The notes beneath the pieces were generated by a model. That model saw only the letters and a program-made list of their open reading frames with translations. It had not been told where the DNA came from and ran no database searches. From contig VBPW01000012.1 in assembly GCA_005877305.1 (NCBI GenBank), forward strand, positions 1 to 56,293: a stretch of DNA of 56,293 bases, given 5' to 3'. Positions within the stretch are counted from its first letter, which is position 1. Each line of letters begins with the position of its first letter. Position numbers and translations under genes: made by a program. Shown in pieces: positions 8,801 to 16,953 of this stretch. Origin of the DNA: Nitrososphaerota archaeon (GTDB lineage Archaea; Thermoproteota; Nitrososphaeria; Nitrososphaerales; Nitrosopumilaceae).

Positions 8801-9148
8801 GCAAGAGGACAAGTACAGATGTTAACTAAACAACCAACAGAAGGCCGTGCACGTGGAGGTGGTCTTCGATTTGGAGAAATGGAACGAGACTGTCTTATTG
8901 CATACGGTGCTTCTATGATGTTAAAGGACAGATTGCTTGATGAATCAGATAAAGCAGACATCTATATTTGCGAAAGATGTGGACTAGTATCATATTATGA
9001 CATAAAACAAAGACGATTTGTTTGCCGAGTTTGTGGTGACAAAGCAAAGGTGACATCAATCTCAGTTGCTTATGCATTTAAGTTGTTATTGCAGGAAATG
9101 ATGAGCTTAGATGTAGCTCCACGACTTTTGATAAAGGAGAAGGTATAA
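5889..9148 (+). CDS. rpoB: DNA-directed RNA polymerase subunit B (Rpo2), unsplit; 5' region disrupted in this sequence
   Basis: The ATG at 5889 opens a 50-codon ORF (MANISNKRWPIIQDILKREGIARQHLNSYDEFLERGLQSIIDEV...) that stops at 6039-6041. The main 1033-aa ORF (6047..9148) continues in another frame from ..GSITHIAPMEARLRNVTYASP. Conserved Rpo2 blocks are present throughout, including GEMERDC and the C-terminal Zn ribbon CERCG...CRVCG. Confidence 0.9.
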
Positions 9149-10812
9149 TGGCGCTTGAAACAATAAAAATAATTGATGGAATCAAGTTTTCTGTTTGGTC
9201 ACCTACAGAAATCAGAAAATATTCAGTTGCAGAAATTACTGCCCCAGAAACTTATGATGAAGACGGAATGTCCGTCCAAGGCGGGTTAATGGATGGAAGA
9301 CTTGGAACATTAGAGCCAGGACAAAAATGTATCACATGTGGTAATACTGCAGCAAGGTGTCCAGGACATTTTGGTCACATCGAACTTGCCGAACCTGTAC
9401 TACACATTGCATTTATTGATAACATATACAAGCTTCTTCTGACTACATGTAGATCTTGTGCTAGGCTGAAAATTCCGAAAGAAGACCTTGAAGAATACCA
9501 TAGAATACTGAACAAAGAAGCTGCCTATACAGTAGTATCTGTAAAACACATACCAGATCAAATTATTGAAAAAGCAAAAAAGGAAAAAACATGTCCACAT
9601 TGCGGTAAATCCCAATATGATCTGATCTTTACAAAACCGACAATCTTTATTGAAAAAACAGAACTTGGTGAAAATAGATTACTGCCAATAACAATTAGGG
9701 AAAGATTTTCTCACATGATTGATGATGATTTGAAACTCTTGGGTTATGATCCTTCAACTGCAAGACCAGAATGGTTTGTGCTCCAAGTCTTGCCTGTGCC
9801 ACCTGTAACTGTAAGACCATCAATAATTTTAGAAACAGGAATCAGATCAGAAGATGATCTAACACACAAACTTGTTGACATAATAAGAGTAAATCAGAGA
9901 TTAAAAGAAAGCAAAGAAGCAGGAACTCCTCCGCTTATTGTACAAGATCTCGTTGATTTATTGCAATATCATACAACGACATATTTCGATAATGAGGTTT
10001 CAGGAATTCCACAAGCTCATCACAGATCTGGTAGACCGCTTAAAACCTTGACACAAAGACTGAAAGGAAAAGAGGGAAGATTCAGAGGCTCGCTTTCTGG
10101 AAAAAGAGTAGACTTTTCCAGTAGAACTGTGATCTCTCCAGATCCAAGCCTTGACATTGCTGAAGTTGGGGTTCCAGAATCTGTAGCACTCAAACTTACA
10201 ATACCCGAAGTTGTTACAGAATGGAATATTGAAAGATTAAAAAGACTTGTAATAAATGGTCCAAACAAATTCCCAGGTGCAAATTATATTGTAAGACCTG
10301 ACGGAGTGAAGATTCGACTTGATTTTGTTGAAGATAGAGAAACAATAGCAAACAATATCGAAATTGGATATCTTATCGAAAGACATCTATCAGATGGTGA
10401 CATAGTCATGTTCAACAGACAGCCATCTTTGCATCAAATGTCAATTATGGGCCATTACGTTAAGGTCTTGCCAGGTAAAACTTTTAGATTACATCCATCG
10501 GTCTGTCCACCTTACAACGCTGACTTTGATGGAGATGAGATGAACCTACACGTACCTCAAAGCGAGGAAGCCAGAGCTGAAGCAATTCTTTTAATGCGTG
10601 TCCAAGATCAATTAATTTCACCAAGATATGGAGGACCAATAATTGGTGCATTACGTGATTTCATCACAGGGGCTTATCTGTTAACAAAAGATGGTACTAC
10701 ACTAAATCCTCAAGAGTTTAACTATTTTCACTTTTTATGCCAAAAGATTTTAACTATGTTATTACATCAAAATGGTCTAAAGGAACCAAAGGTCCTGCAA
10801 AAGATGTTGTAA
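9148..10812 (+). CDS. rpoA: DNA-directed RNA polymerase subunit A (Rpo1), N-terminal ORF of a frame-disrupted unsplit gene
   Basis: 554 aa with the Zn-binding CITCG...CPGHFGH motif and the catalytic NADFDGDEMN motif. The last roughly 30 aa (after ..LNPQEFN) are out-of-frame read-through. Confidence 0.9.
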   Translation: MALETIKIIDGIKFSVWSPTEIRKYSVAEITAPETYDEDGMSVQGGLMDGRLGTLEPGQKCITCGNTAARCPGHFGHIELAEPVLHIAFIDNIYKLLLTTCRSCARLKIPKEDLEEYHRILNKEAAYTVVSVKHIPDQIIEKAKKEKTCPHCGKSQYDLIFTKPTIFIEKTELGENRLLPITIRERFSHMIDDDLKLLGYDPSTARPEWFVLQVLPVPPVTVRPSIILETGIRSEDDLTHKLVDIIRVNQRLKESKEAGTPPLIVQDLVDLLQYHTTTYFDNEVSGIPQAHHRSGRPLKTLTQRLKGKEGRFRGSLSGKRVDFSSRTVISPDPSLDIAEVGVPESVALKLTIPEVVTEWNIERLKRLVINGPNKFPGANYIVRPDGVKIRLDFVEDRETIANNIEIGYLIERHLSDGDIVMFNRQPSLHQMSIMGHYVKVLPGKTFRLHPSVCPPYNADFDGDEMNLHVPQSEEARAEAILLMRVQDQLISPRYGGPIIGALRDFITGAYLLTKDGTTLNPQEFNYFHFLCQKILTMLLHQNGLKEPKVLQKML

Positions 10813-12854
10813 TAAAAAATGGTCAGCTAATCAGTGGAGTAATTGACAAGGCGTCAATTGGTGCTGAAGAGCCAGATAGTGTTTTGCATAGAATTACAAA
10901 AGACTATGGATATGATGAAGCCAAGAAATTCCTAAATTCCATCTTAATAATGTTAAAACAATTTATCACACATTACGGTTTTAGCTATGGATATTCTGAT
11001 CTTGAACTTTCGACAAAAACAAAAGAAAACATCCTAGGTGGAATACAAGAAACATATGATAAGGTTTATGATCTTATTTCTCAGGCAAAGAAAGGAACAT
11101 TGCAGCTTAGCAGAGGCCTTTCTGCAGATGAAGCCTTAGAGGCATACATTGTAAATGAGCTGTCAAAAGCAAGAGATAGAGCGGGAAGCACAGCTGACAA
11201 GTCATTTGATGAAACAAATTCTGGTAGAATTATGGCAACAACTGGTGCTAGAGGTTCTTCTCTTAACATAGGACAGATGGCTGGTGCATTAGGTCAACAA
11301 TCAATTAGAGGAAGAAGGATCAATAAAGGATACAACAATCGAGCTCTGCCACACTTTAAAGAAAATGATACAAATCCAGACGCGAAGGGATTTGTAAAAT
11401 CAAACTATCGTGATGGCCTTTCAACTTTAGAATTTTTCTTCCACGCAATGGGAGGACGTGAAGGCCTTGTAGATACTGCAGTTAGAACCCAGCAAAGTGG
11501 CTACATGCAAAGAAGATTGATCAACGCCCTTGAACATCTGAAGCTAGAATATGATGGAACTGTAAGAGATCCACATGGTCATATCATACAATTCTTGTAC
11601 GGAGAAGATGGAATTGATGTTGCAAAAAGTGACCACGGTGAAGCATTTAGAATTCAAAGACTGGTAGAATCTGAAACCATTATTGATACAGGTAAAAAAG
11701 TAACAAAGGAAGAGATAACAGAACTTGCCAAGAAATACACAAAGACATTCAATCCACGATTAACACAAACAGTTCATGCTGCGTTACTTGAATCAAAACT
11801 AAGCAAAGAAGGTGTAGAAAAAGTTTGCAAGAAAGCATTAGAGTTGTACGATAAGGCCAAAGTAGAACCAGGACAAGCAGTAGGAATAGTAACTGCACAA
11901 TCTATTGGTGAGCCTGGAACTCAGATGACTCTGAGAACATTCCACTTTGCAGGAATTAGAGAAAGAAATGTAACGCTAGGTCTTCCAAGATTGATAGAAC
12001 TTGTTGATGCACGCAAAAAACCAGTAACACCAACAATGGATATCTACCTAGAAGAAAATCACAAAAAATCAAAAGAAAAAGCAATCAAGGTTGCTCGTGA
12101 AATCTTACATACCAAAATTAGTGCACTAATATCAAGCACAGAAACTGATTATTCTACAAAAATAAAACTAAATCTCAATACTGACAAGCTAAAAGAAAGA
12201 GCATGCACAATAGCAGATGTTGAAGAAGCATTACAATCATCAAAAAAGAAATTTGAAATTGAAACTAGCGGTAATTCTATTACACTTACACTTTCTGAAG
12301 AATCAGATGCACAAACAATACTTGCAATGAGAAATAAAATACTTGGTACTAAAGTAAAAGGTGTAGCTGATGTTGAAAGAGTTACTATAGTACAACAAGG
12401 AGATGAATGGGTGATACAAACATCGGGTTCCAATATTGCAAAGGTGTTTGAAATTGACGGCGTTGACAAGAGAAACATACGCACAAACAATGTCTTTGAG
12501 ATTGCAAGCACACTAGGAATTGAAGCAGCACGTAACGCATTGATAAATGAGCTGAGTTCTACACTTGAGGATCAAGGTCTTGAAGTTGACATTAGATATA
12601 TTATGCTTGTTGCAGATTTGATGTGTTCTCGAGGATATATGCAACAAATTGGAAGACACGGAATTGCTGGAACAAAGACAAGTGTACTTGCAAGAGCTGC
12701 ATTTGAAATTACTGTTCCAACAATTGCGGAAGCTGCGCTAGCCGGAGAGGTTGAACAATTAAAAGGTGTAACAGAAAATGTAATCGTTGGTGGAAACATC
12801 CCAGTAGGAACTGGAACTGTAGATCTTTACATGAGAGTAGTTGAAGATGGCTAA
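10737..12854 (+). CDS. rpoA: DNA-directed RNA polymerase subunit A (Rpo1), C-terminal ORF (A' C-terminus fused to the A'' equivalent)
   Basis: 705 aa. The bridge-helix block GREGLVDTAVRTQQSGYMQRRL and the trigger-loop block AQSIGEPGTQMTLRTFHFAG lie in one ORF. The frame is open from 10722 (LFSLFMPKDFNY...). Confidence 0.9.
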   Translation: MPKDFNYVITSKWSKGTKGPAKDVVIKNGQLISGVIDKASIGAEEPDSVLHRITKDYGYDEAKKFLNSILIMLKQFITHYGFSYGYSDLELSTKTKENILGGIQETYDKVYDLISQAKKGTLQLSRGLSADEALEAYIVNELSKARDRAGSTADKSFDETNSGRIMATTGARGSSLNIGQMAGALGQQSIRGRRINKGYNNRALPHFKENDTNPDAKGFVKSNYRDGLSTLEFFFHAMGGREGLVDTAVRTQQSGYMQRRLINALEHLKLEYDGTVRDPHGHIIQFLYGEDGIDVAKSDHGEAFRIQRLVESETIIDTGKKVTKEEITELAKKYTKTFNPRLTQTVHAALLESKLSKEGVEKVCKKALELYDKAKVEPGQAVGIVTAQSIGEPGTQMTLRTFHFAGIRERNVTLGLPRLIELVDARKKPVTPTMDIYLEENHKKSKEKAIKVAREILHTKISALISSTETDYSTKIKLNLNTDKLKERACTIADVEEALQSSKKKFEIETSGNSITLTLSEESDAQTILAMRNKILGTKVKGVADVERVTIVQQGDEWVIQTSGSNIAKVFEIDGVDKRNIRTNNVFEIASTLGIEAARNALINELSSTLEDQGLEVDIRYIMLVADLMCSRGYMQQIGRHGIAGTKTSVLARAAFEITVPTIAEAALAGEVEQLKGVTENVIVGGNIPVGTGTVDLYMRVVEDG

Positions 12855-13167
12855 ACTTTTAGAAAAAGTAATTAAAGATGCAATGGATGACAAGAAATGT
12901 TCTCGTGGCACAAAGGAGGTAATTAGTTCAATGAAAAATTCCAAACTGATAATTTTATCTCAATCTGTTCCAAAGAACATACATCAAAAGATACAGGAAA
13001 CTGCACAAAGCTCCAAAATCCCTACTTTAAATTTCAAAGGCTCATCTGTTGAACTTGGGAAACTCTGTGGTACACAATTTAGAATCTCTGCCCTTTCGCT
13101 TAAAACGTTGAGTGAGACAAATCTCAAAATACTTTTGAAAGAAGCGGAAGAGGAGATACAAGAATAA
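12847..13167 (+). CDS. rpl30e: Ribosomal protein eL30 (L30e)
   Basis: About 106 aa. MAKLLEKVIKDAMDDKK...GTKEVISSMKNSKLIILSQS...LGKLCG matches the L30e/L7Ae fold family, in the conserved position after rpoA. The track ORF starts at a TTG at 12841; the ATG at 12847 is preferred. Confidence 0.85.
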   Translation: MAKLLEKVIKDAMDDKKCSRGTKEVISSMKNSKLIILSQSVPKNIHQKIQETAQSSKIPTLNFKGSSVELGKLCGTQFRISALSLKTLSETNLKILLKEAEEEIQE

Positions 13168-13204
13168 ATGTCTTATTTTTATATCACTTTTTATGAAGAT
13201 TTAA

Positions 13205-13702
13205 ATGTCCCACGAAGAGATCGAGTTTAAAACAGGCAAAAACATGACGGAGACAATCAAACTAACAACCGATCAAATTAAACTGATGTCACTATTTCAG
13301 AACGTGACAGGTGCAATAGCTCGAGATTGTATCGAAGATGAAAAACTAGATAGAGTAATTTTCGTAGTAAATCCAGATAAAATGGGTCTTGCAATAGGCA
13401 AAGGAGGTAGCACAATCCGAAACCTGCAAAACGTGGTAAAACGAAATGTAGAGCTTGTAGAATACTCTGATAACCCAGCAGAATTTCTCAAAAACATGCT
13501 AAATCCAAAACTAGTCTCAGAGGTAAAAATAAACAAAAGACTTGATGGTTCTATGCAAGCAATCGTTTTAGTTGACGCAAAAAAGAAGGGCATTGTAGTA
13601 GGTAGTGAAGGCCGTAATGCAGAAAAGGCAAGACTGCTAGCAAAAAGATACTTTCAAATTTCCAGTGTTCTAATACAAAGTCCAGAAAAAATAATGGAGT
13701 AA
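13205..13702 (+). CDS. nusA: Archaeal NusA-like transcription termination/elongation factor (two KH domains)
   Basis: Two KH GxxG motifs, [12 protein letters not shown] and [12 protein letters not shown]. Conserved position between L30e and S12. The true start may be the internal ATG near 13247. Confidence 0.85.
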   Translation: MSHEEIEFKTGKNMTETIKLTTDQIKLMSLFQNVTGAIARDCIEDEKLDRVIFVVNPDKMGLAIGKGGSTIRNLQNVVKRNVELVEYSDNPAEFLKNMLNPKLVSEVKINKRLDGSMQAIVLVDAKKKGIVVGSEGRNAEKARLLAKRYFQISSVLIQSPEKIME

Positions 13703-13707
13703 AAAAG

Positions 13708-14145
13708 ATGGCAAAATCACCACTTGGTCTATTTTCAGGAAGAGTTCTAAAGGATAAAAGAAAGAAGCAGCGCTGGTCTATTGGTACTTACAAAAGAAGA
13801 AACCTAGGACTTGACAAAAAAGCAAGTCCTTTAGGTGGTGCACCACAAGCTCGTGGAATTGTTTTAGAAAAGGTTGGTATTGAAGCAAAACAGCCAAACT
13901 CTGCTGTTCGAAAATGTGTTCGTGTACAACTTATAAAAAATGGAAAGACTGTTACTGCATTTTTACCAAGAGACGGTGCAATGAATTTTGTTGATGAGCA
14001 TGATGAAGTACATGTTGAAGGAATGGGCGCATCAATGGGAGGCGCAATGGGAGATATTCCTGGTGTAAGATGGAAAGTATTCAAGGTAAACGGTACATCA
14101 TTAAAAGAACTAGTCTATGGTAAGAAAGAAAAACCAAGGAGATAG
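13708..14145 (+). CDS. rps12: Ribosomal protein uS12
   Basis: 145 aa with [25 protein letters not shown]. Confidence 0.95.
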   Translation: MAKSPLGLFSGRVLKDKRKKQRWSIGTYKRRNLGLDKKASPLGGAPQARGIVLEKVGIEAKQPNSAVRKCVRVQLIKNGKTVTAFLPRDGAMNFVDEHDEVHVEGMGASMGGAMGDIPGVRWKVFKVNGTSLKELVYGKKEKPRR

Positions 14146-14147
14146 AA

Positions 14148-14658
14148 ATGACTGAAACTGGGAATCTTTTGCTTTTTAGGAAATGGGATCTCTCAAAAAT
14201 AGAGATAAAGGATCTTGGTCTAAAAAATGCTATATCTGTAAACAAAACTATAATGCCATTAACCTTTGGCCGTTCTGCATTAAAGAGATTCAACAAGGCC
14301 GAAGTTAACATAGTAGAAAGACTTGCAAACAAGCTTTTACACTTTGGAAAAAGATATGCAAAAAACACAGGTAGGATGGGTGGAAAGAAAACTCGATCAA
14401 TCAATACTGTCAAAGCAGCATTAGACATTATACACCTCAAAACAGGTAAAAATCCAATTGAGGTTCTTGTACGAGCAATTGAAAATTCAGCTCCAAATGA
14501 AGATACTACAAGAATTAAGAGATGCCTCATTTTCAAACCCAAAGGCAATCGAAGAAAATCTTGCAGAGCATCTTATTCTTGCAGCAGCAAATGACATGAA
14601 TGCTCCTTCAGTCAAAAAGAAAAACGAGCTTGAAAGAATAGCGATGGCCTCTCGATAG
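14148..14658 (+). CDS. rps7: Ribosomal protein uS7, internally disrupted in this sequence
   Basis: ORF 14148..14594 carries the uS7 N-terminal two-thirds up to ..ENSAPNEDTTRIK. ORF 14458..14658, in another frame, carries the uS7 C-terminus ..ASFSNPKAIEENLAEHLILAAANDMNAPSVKKKNELERIAMASR. The conserved central block is absent. Confidence 0.88.
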
Positions 14659-14685
14659 GCGTTCTAATTTTAACAAACAAAAGAG

Positions 14686-14788
14686 TAGCCCGAGGCAGAT
14701 TCGAACTGCCGTCTCCAGGTTTCCTCTCATAAGATCCAGAGCCTGGAATCCCTAACCCAAAATTGTTTGGCCACTAGACTATCGGGCT
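14686..14788 (-). tRNA. tRNA-Gln (anticodon CUG) with two short introns
   Basis: Reverse complement: acceptor AGCCCGA/TCGGGCT, discriminator A, T-arm GGCAG-TTCGAAT-CTGCC, anticodon stem CCAGG/CCTGG with loop CUCUGG..A. There are about 15 extra nt after position 37 and about 15 extra nt in the D-arm region. 103 nt in total. Confidence 0.7.
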
Positions 14789-14820
14789 ACCGAAACGACT
14801 GGGATTACTTGAGAATATAA

Positions 14821-15150
14821 TTATTTGGTGTTTGTTTCCCGCACTGCAGTTGCATAGTCACAATCAGCTTTGAGTCTCAGATATGGAATTAATCTGTAAT
14901 GAATTGAATAAAGATCATTTTCGTTGTAAAGAATTCCTTTTAACAATAGTGATACAAAACCACCGGCAATTCTTGATGTTGGAATCCCTAAATCTTTACA
15001 AATTTCATCTCGCTTTTTTTTATACTGTCCAGATGTAAAACTGATACTGTTTAATTCTAAGATTAAAGGCCACATTACTTTTTCCCACACAAATCGCCGG
15101 TTTTGAGTTGCAGATGCATACTTGCCTTTTTCTCTCAACATTAATAACAT
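14821..15150 (-). CDS. Hypothetical protein (109 aa), possible helix-turn-helix
   Basis: Clean ORF. The segment RDEICKDLGIPTSRIAGGFVSLLLKGIL looks HTH-like. No firm family assignment. Confidence 0.5.
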   Translation of the reverse strand: MLLMLREKGKYASATQNRRFVWEKVMWPLILELNSISFTSGQYKKKRDEICKDLGIPTSRIAGGFVSLLLKGILYNENDLYSIHYRLIPYLRLKADCDYATAVRETNTK

Positions 15151-15180
15151 TCAAAAGTTCTGCTTGTAATTTATTAGTTG

Positions 15181-15885
15181 ATGCGAAAGGAACTTGAGGA
15201 ATCACTTGAACTTTTATCTAAAAATTGGGATATCAATCCAGTTATACGAGATTTTATCCTAGAAAACCGAACTGATGTTTCTGATTTCGTAATTAAAGTA
15301 AAAGATGTTGTCTTTCACATTCCATATCTGACAAAAGAAGAAAGCTACATCCTTTGGAAGTGTTATTGGCCGGATTGTCATAACTGTTGTGACAGGCAGG
15401 GAAGATTACCTCTTACATCTAATGATCTAATTACAATTAGAAAAGGACTAAAATACCAAAAAGTTTCAGATTTTATAAAAAATGAAACTAATATTGCTAC
15501 ATGGGAAGAAAGAGGCCCATCTGGCAATGCTATTACAATGACCATGATAAACCTGAAACGAAAAAAAGATGAGAAAGAGGCAGAGGATGGGACTCATATT
15601 TCGTGTAGATTTTTGGATGAGAAAGGATATTGCGGTCTCCATCCTAGTAGGCCTGGGGTCTGTTATCTTTATCCATTTTCATCTTGGCTTGAAAATGAAA
15701 AAGGAAGAGCTCGCGTCCATGCAAGCTTTCAGTTTACTGGAGACTGTCCGGGATTTTATCTTTCAAAATCAATTGATGAGATGAAAAATGTTCTTCTAGA
15801 ATATTCTAAAATAATATATGATTATAATATGAGTTCAAACAGAACAGTGCGAGAAGATTTTGGATATGTTACTATGGGGTTCTAA
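15181..15885 (+). CDS. YkgJ/UPF0153-type cysteine-cluster (CxxCxxCC-like) putative Fe-S/zinc protein
   Basis: CYWPDCHNCCDRQG and GYCGLHPSRPGVCYLYPF resemble the two conserved motifs of this family. ATG at 15181; the track start at 15178 is a TTG. Confidence 0.65.
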   Translation: MRKELEESLELLSKNWDINPVIRDFILENRTDVSDFVIKVKDVVFHIPYLTKEESYILWKCYWPDCHNCCDRQGRLPLTSNDLITIRKGLKYQKVSDFIKNETNIATWEERGPSGNAITMTMINLKRKKDEKEAEDGTHISCRFLDEKGYCGLHPSRPGVCYLYPFSSWLENEKGRARVHASFQFTGDCPGFYLSKSIDEMKNVLLEYSKIIYDYNMSSNRTVREDFGYVTMGF

Positions 15886-16889
15886 GCCCTTGCAACTTTC
15901 ATCATGTCAGTCATTTTAATTTCCATGCCAAATCTCTGCTCATTTTTTTTCATGTATCTATAAATTGCAATAAGATCTGCAAAATGCTTTATCATACCGA
16001 ATTTACTATCCATTTTGTTTCTAACAAATGCAAGTACCTTTGAATAAATAGCAAATTTCTCAAGCACTTGTTGCCTATATCTTTCGTTGTTACCAAGATT
16101 TTCGATAAATATGTCAGCACACGTCATGCTAGGAATGATTCCTTCCCCTAAAAGTGGGTACACGGTTCCAATTGATTCACCAACACCAACAACTTTTCCA
16201 TTATAGAATGGTTCACACATGTCTGGTGTTGCAAGACGAATTGGCCTTCCAACTTTTTTGATTACCTTTCCACCATATTTTTTCAAAAATGTGTCAGTTT
16301 CTTCTACATGGCTTCGATTTTTATCACCAGCACCTATGTGAGCTAACTTTTCACCTAATGGAAAATACCAAAAATATCCGCTTATGGAAGAAAATGGCTT
16401 TAGATAAAAATCGTCAAAAGGCACCTTGTCCTCATACTGTACCTTGTACTGAAACGTAGGTAGATGGAAATCTTGAGCAATCTTGGGAAGATACGTTCTG
16501 TAAAATCCAGTTGCATCAACAATAAGATCGAACTCTGATCCCAAATCTGCTAACTTTGGAGTTGTGTTATAGTGGATTTTGCAATCCTTTGCCATGTCCT
16601 TTATGAGACCTATCTTATTATACGTACAAAGACCCATCAATTTTATGTTAAATCTTTGAGAATTCATATCAATGTACATATTTTTTCCATCATGAATGAC
16701 ATAATCATTAAAATCAAGACCGCATTTTCTTGCAAACTCTTGCATTGGTCCTTTAGTAGTACCCCACGCACATATGGAATCATGGTTTTCTTGTGACGAT
16801 CTTTCAAAACCTACTACTTCGTGTTCATTTTTTAGTCTAGCAAGAAGATACCCGCCTGCAACTCCGATACCGACAACTGCTATTTTCAA
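15882..16889 (-). CDS. FAD/NAD(P)-binding oxidoreductase, geranylgeranyl-reductase-like
   Basis: N-terminal dinucleotide-binding motif MKIAVVGIGVAGGYLLARL; 335 aa. The specific function is not established. Confidence 0.65.
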   Translation of the reverse strand: MKIAVVGIGVAGGYLLARLKNEHEVVGFERSSQENHDSICAWGTTKGPMQEFARKCGLDFNDYVIHDGKNMYIDMNSQRFNIKLMGLCTYNKIGLIKDMAKDCKIHYNTTPKLADLGSEFDLIVDATGFYRTYLPKIAQDFHLPTFQYKVQYEDKVPFDDFYLKPFSSISGYFWYFPLGEKLAHIGAGDKNRSHVEETDTFLKKYGGKVIKKVGRPIRLATPDMCEPFYNGKVVGVGESIGTVYPLLGEGIIPSMTCADIFIENLGNNERYRQQVLEKFAIYSKVLAFVRNKMDSKFGMIKHFADLIAIYRYMKKNEQRFGMEIKMTDMMKVARA

Positions 16890-16953
16890 TTGAAGTTTAT
16901 TCTAAAATTACCTAATAAAAAGATGTGCGGCCTTTTTCTGATTCTACATAACT

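Noticed and set aside
6385-12944. Numerous minus-strand ORFs of 60-120 aa inside rpoB and rpoA (for example 7860..8192, 8437..8742, 12149..12511).
   Set aside because: They lie antisense within strongly conserved coding sequence and have a skewed, low-complexity composition. These are typical shadow ORFs.
14458-14658. 66-aa ORF that could be called as a separate small gene after rps7.
   Set aside because: Its C-terminal 45 residues are the canonical uS7 C-terminus. The N-terminal part is an out-of-frame translation of upstream uS7 codons.
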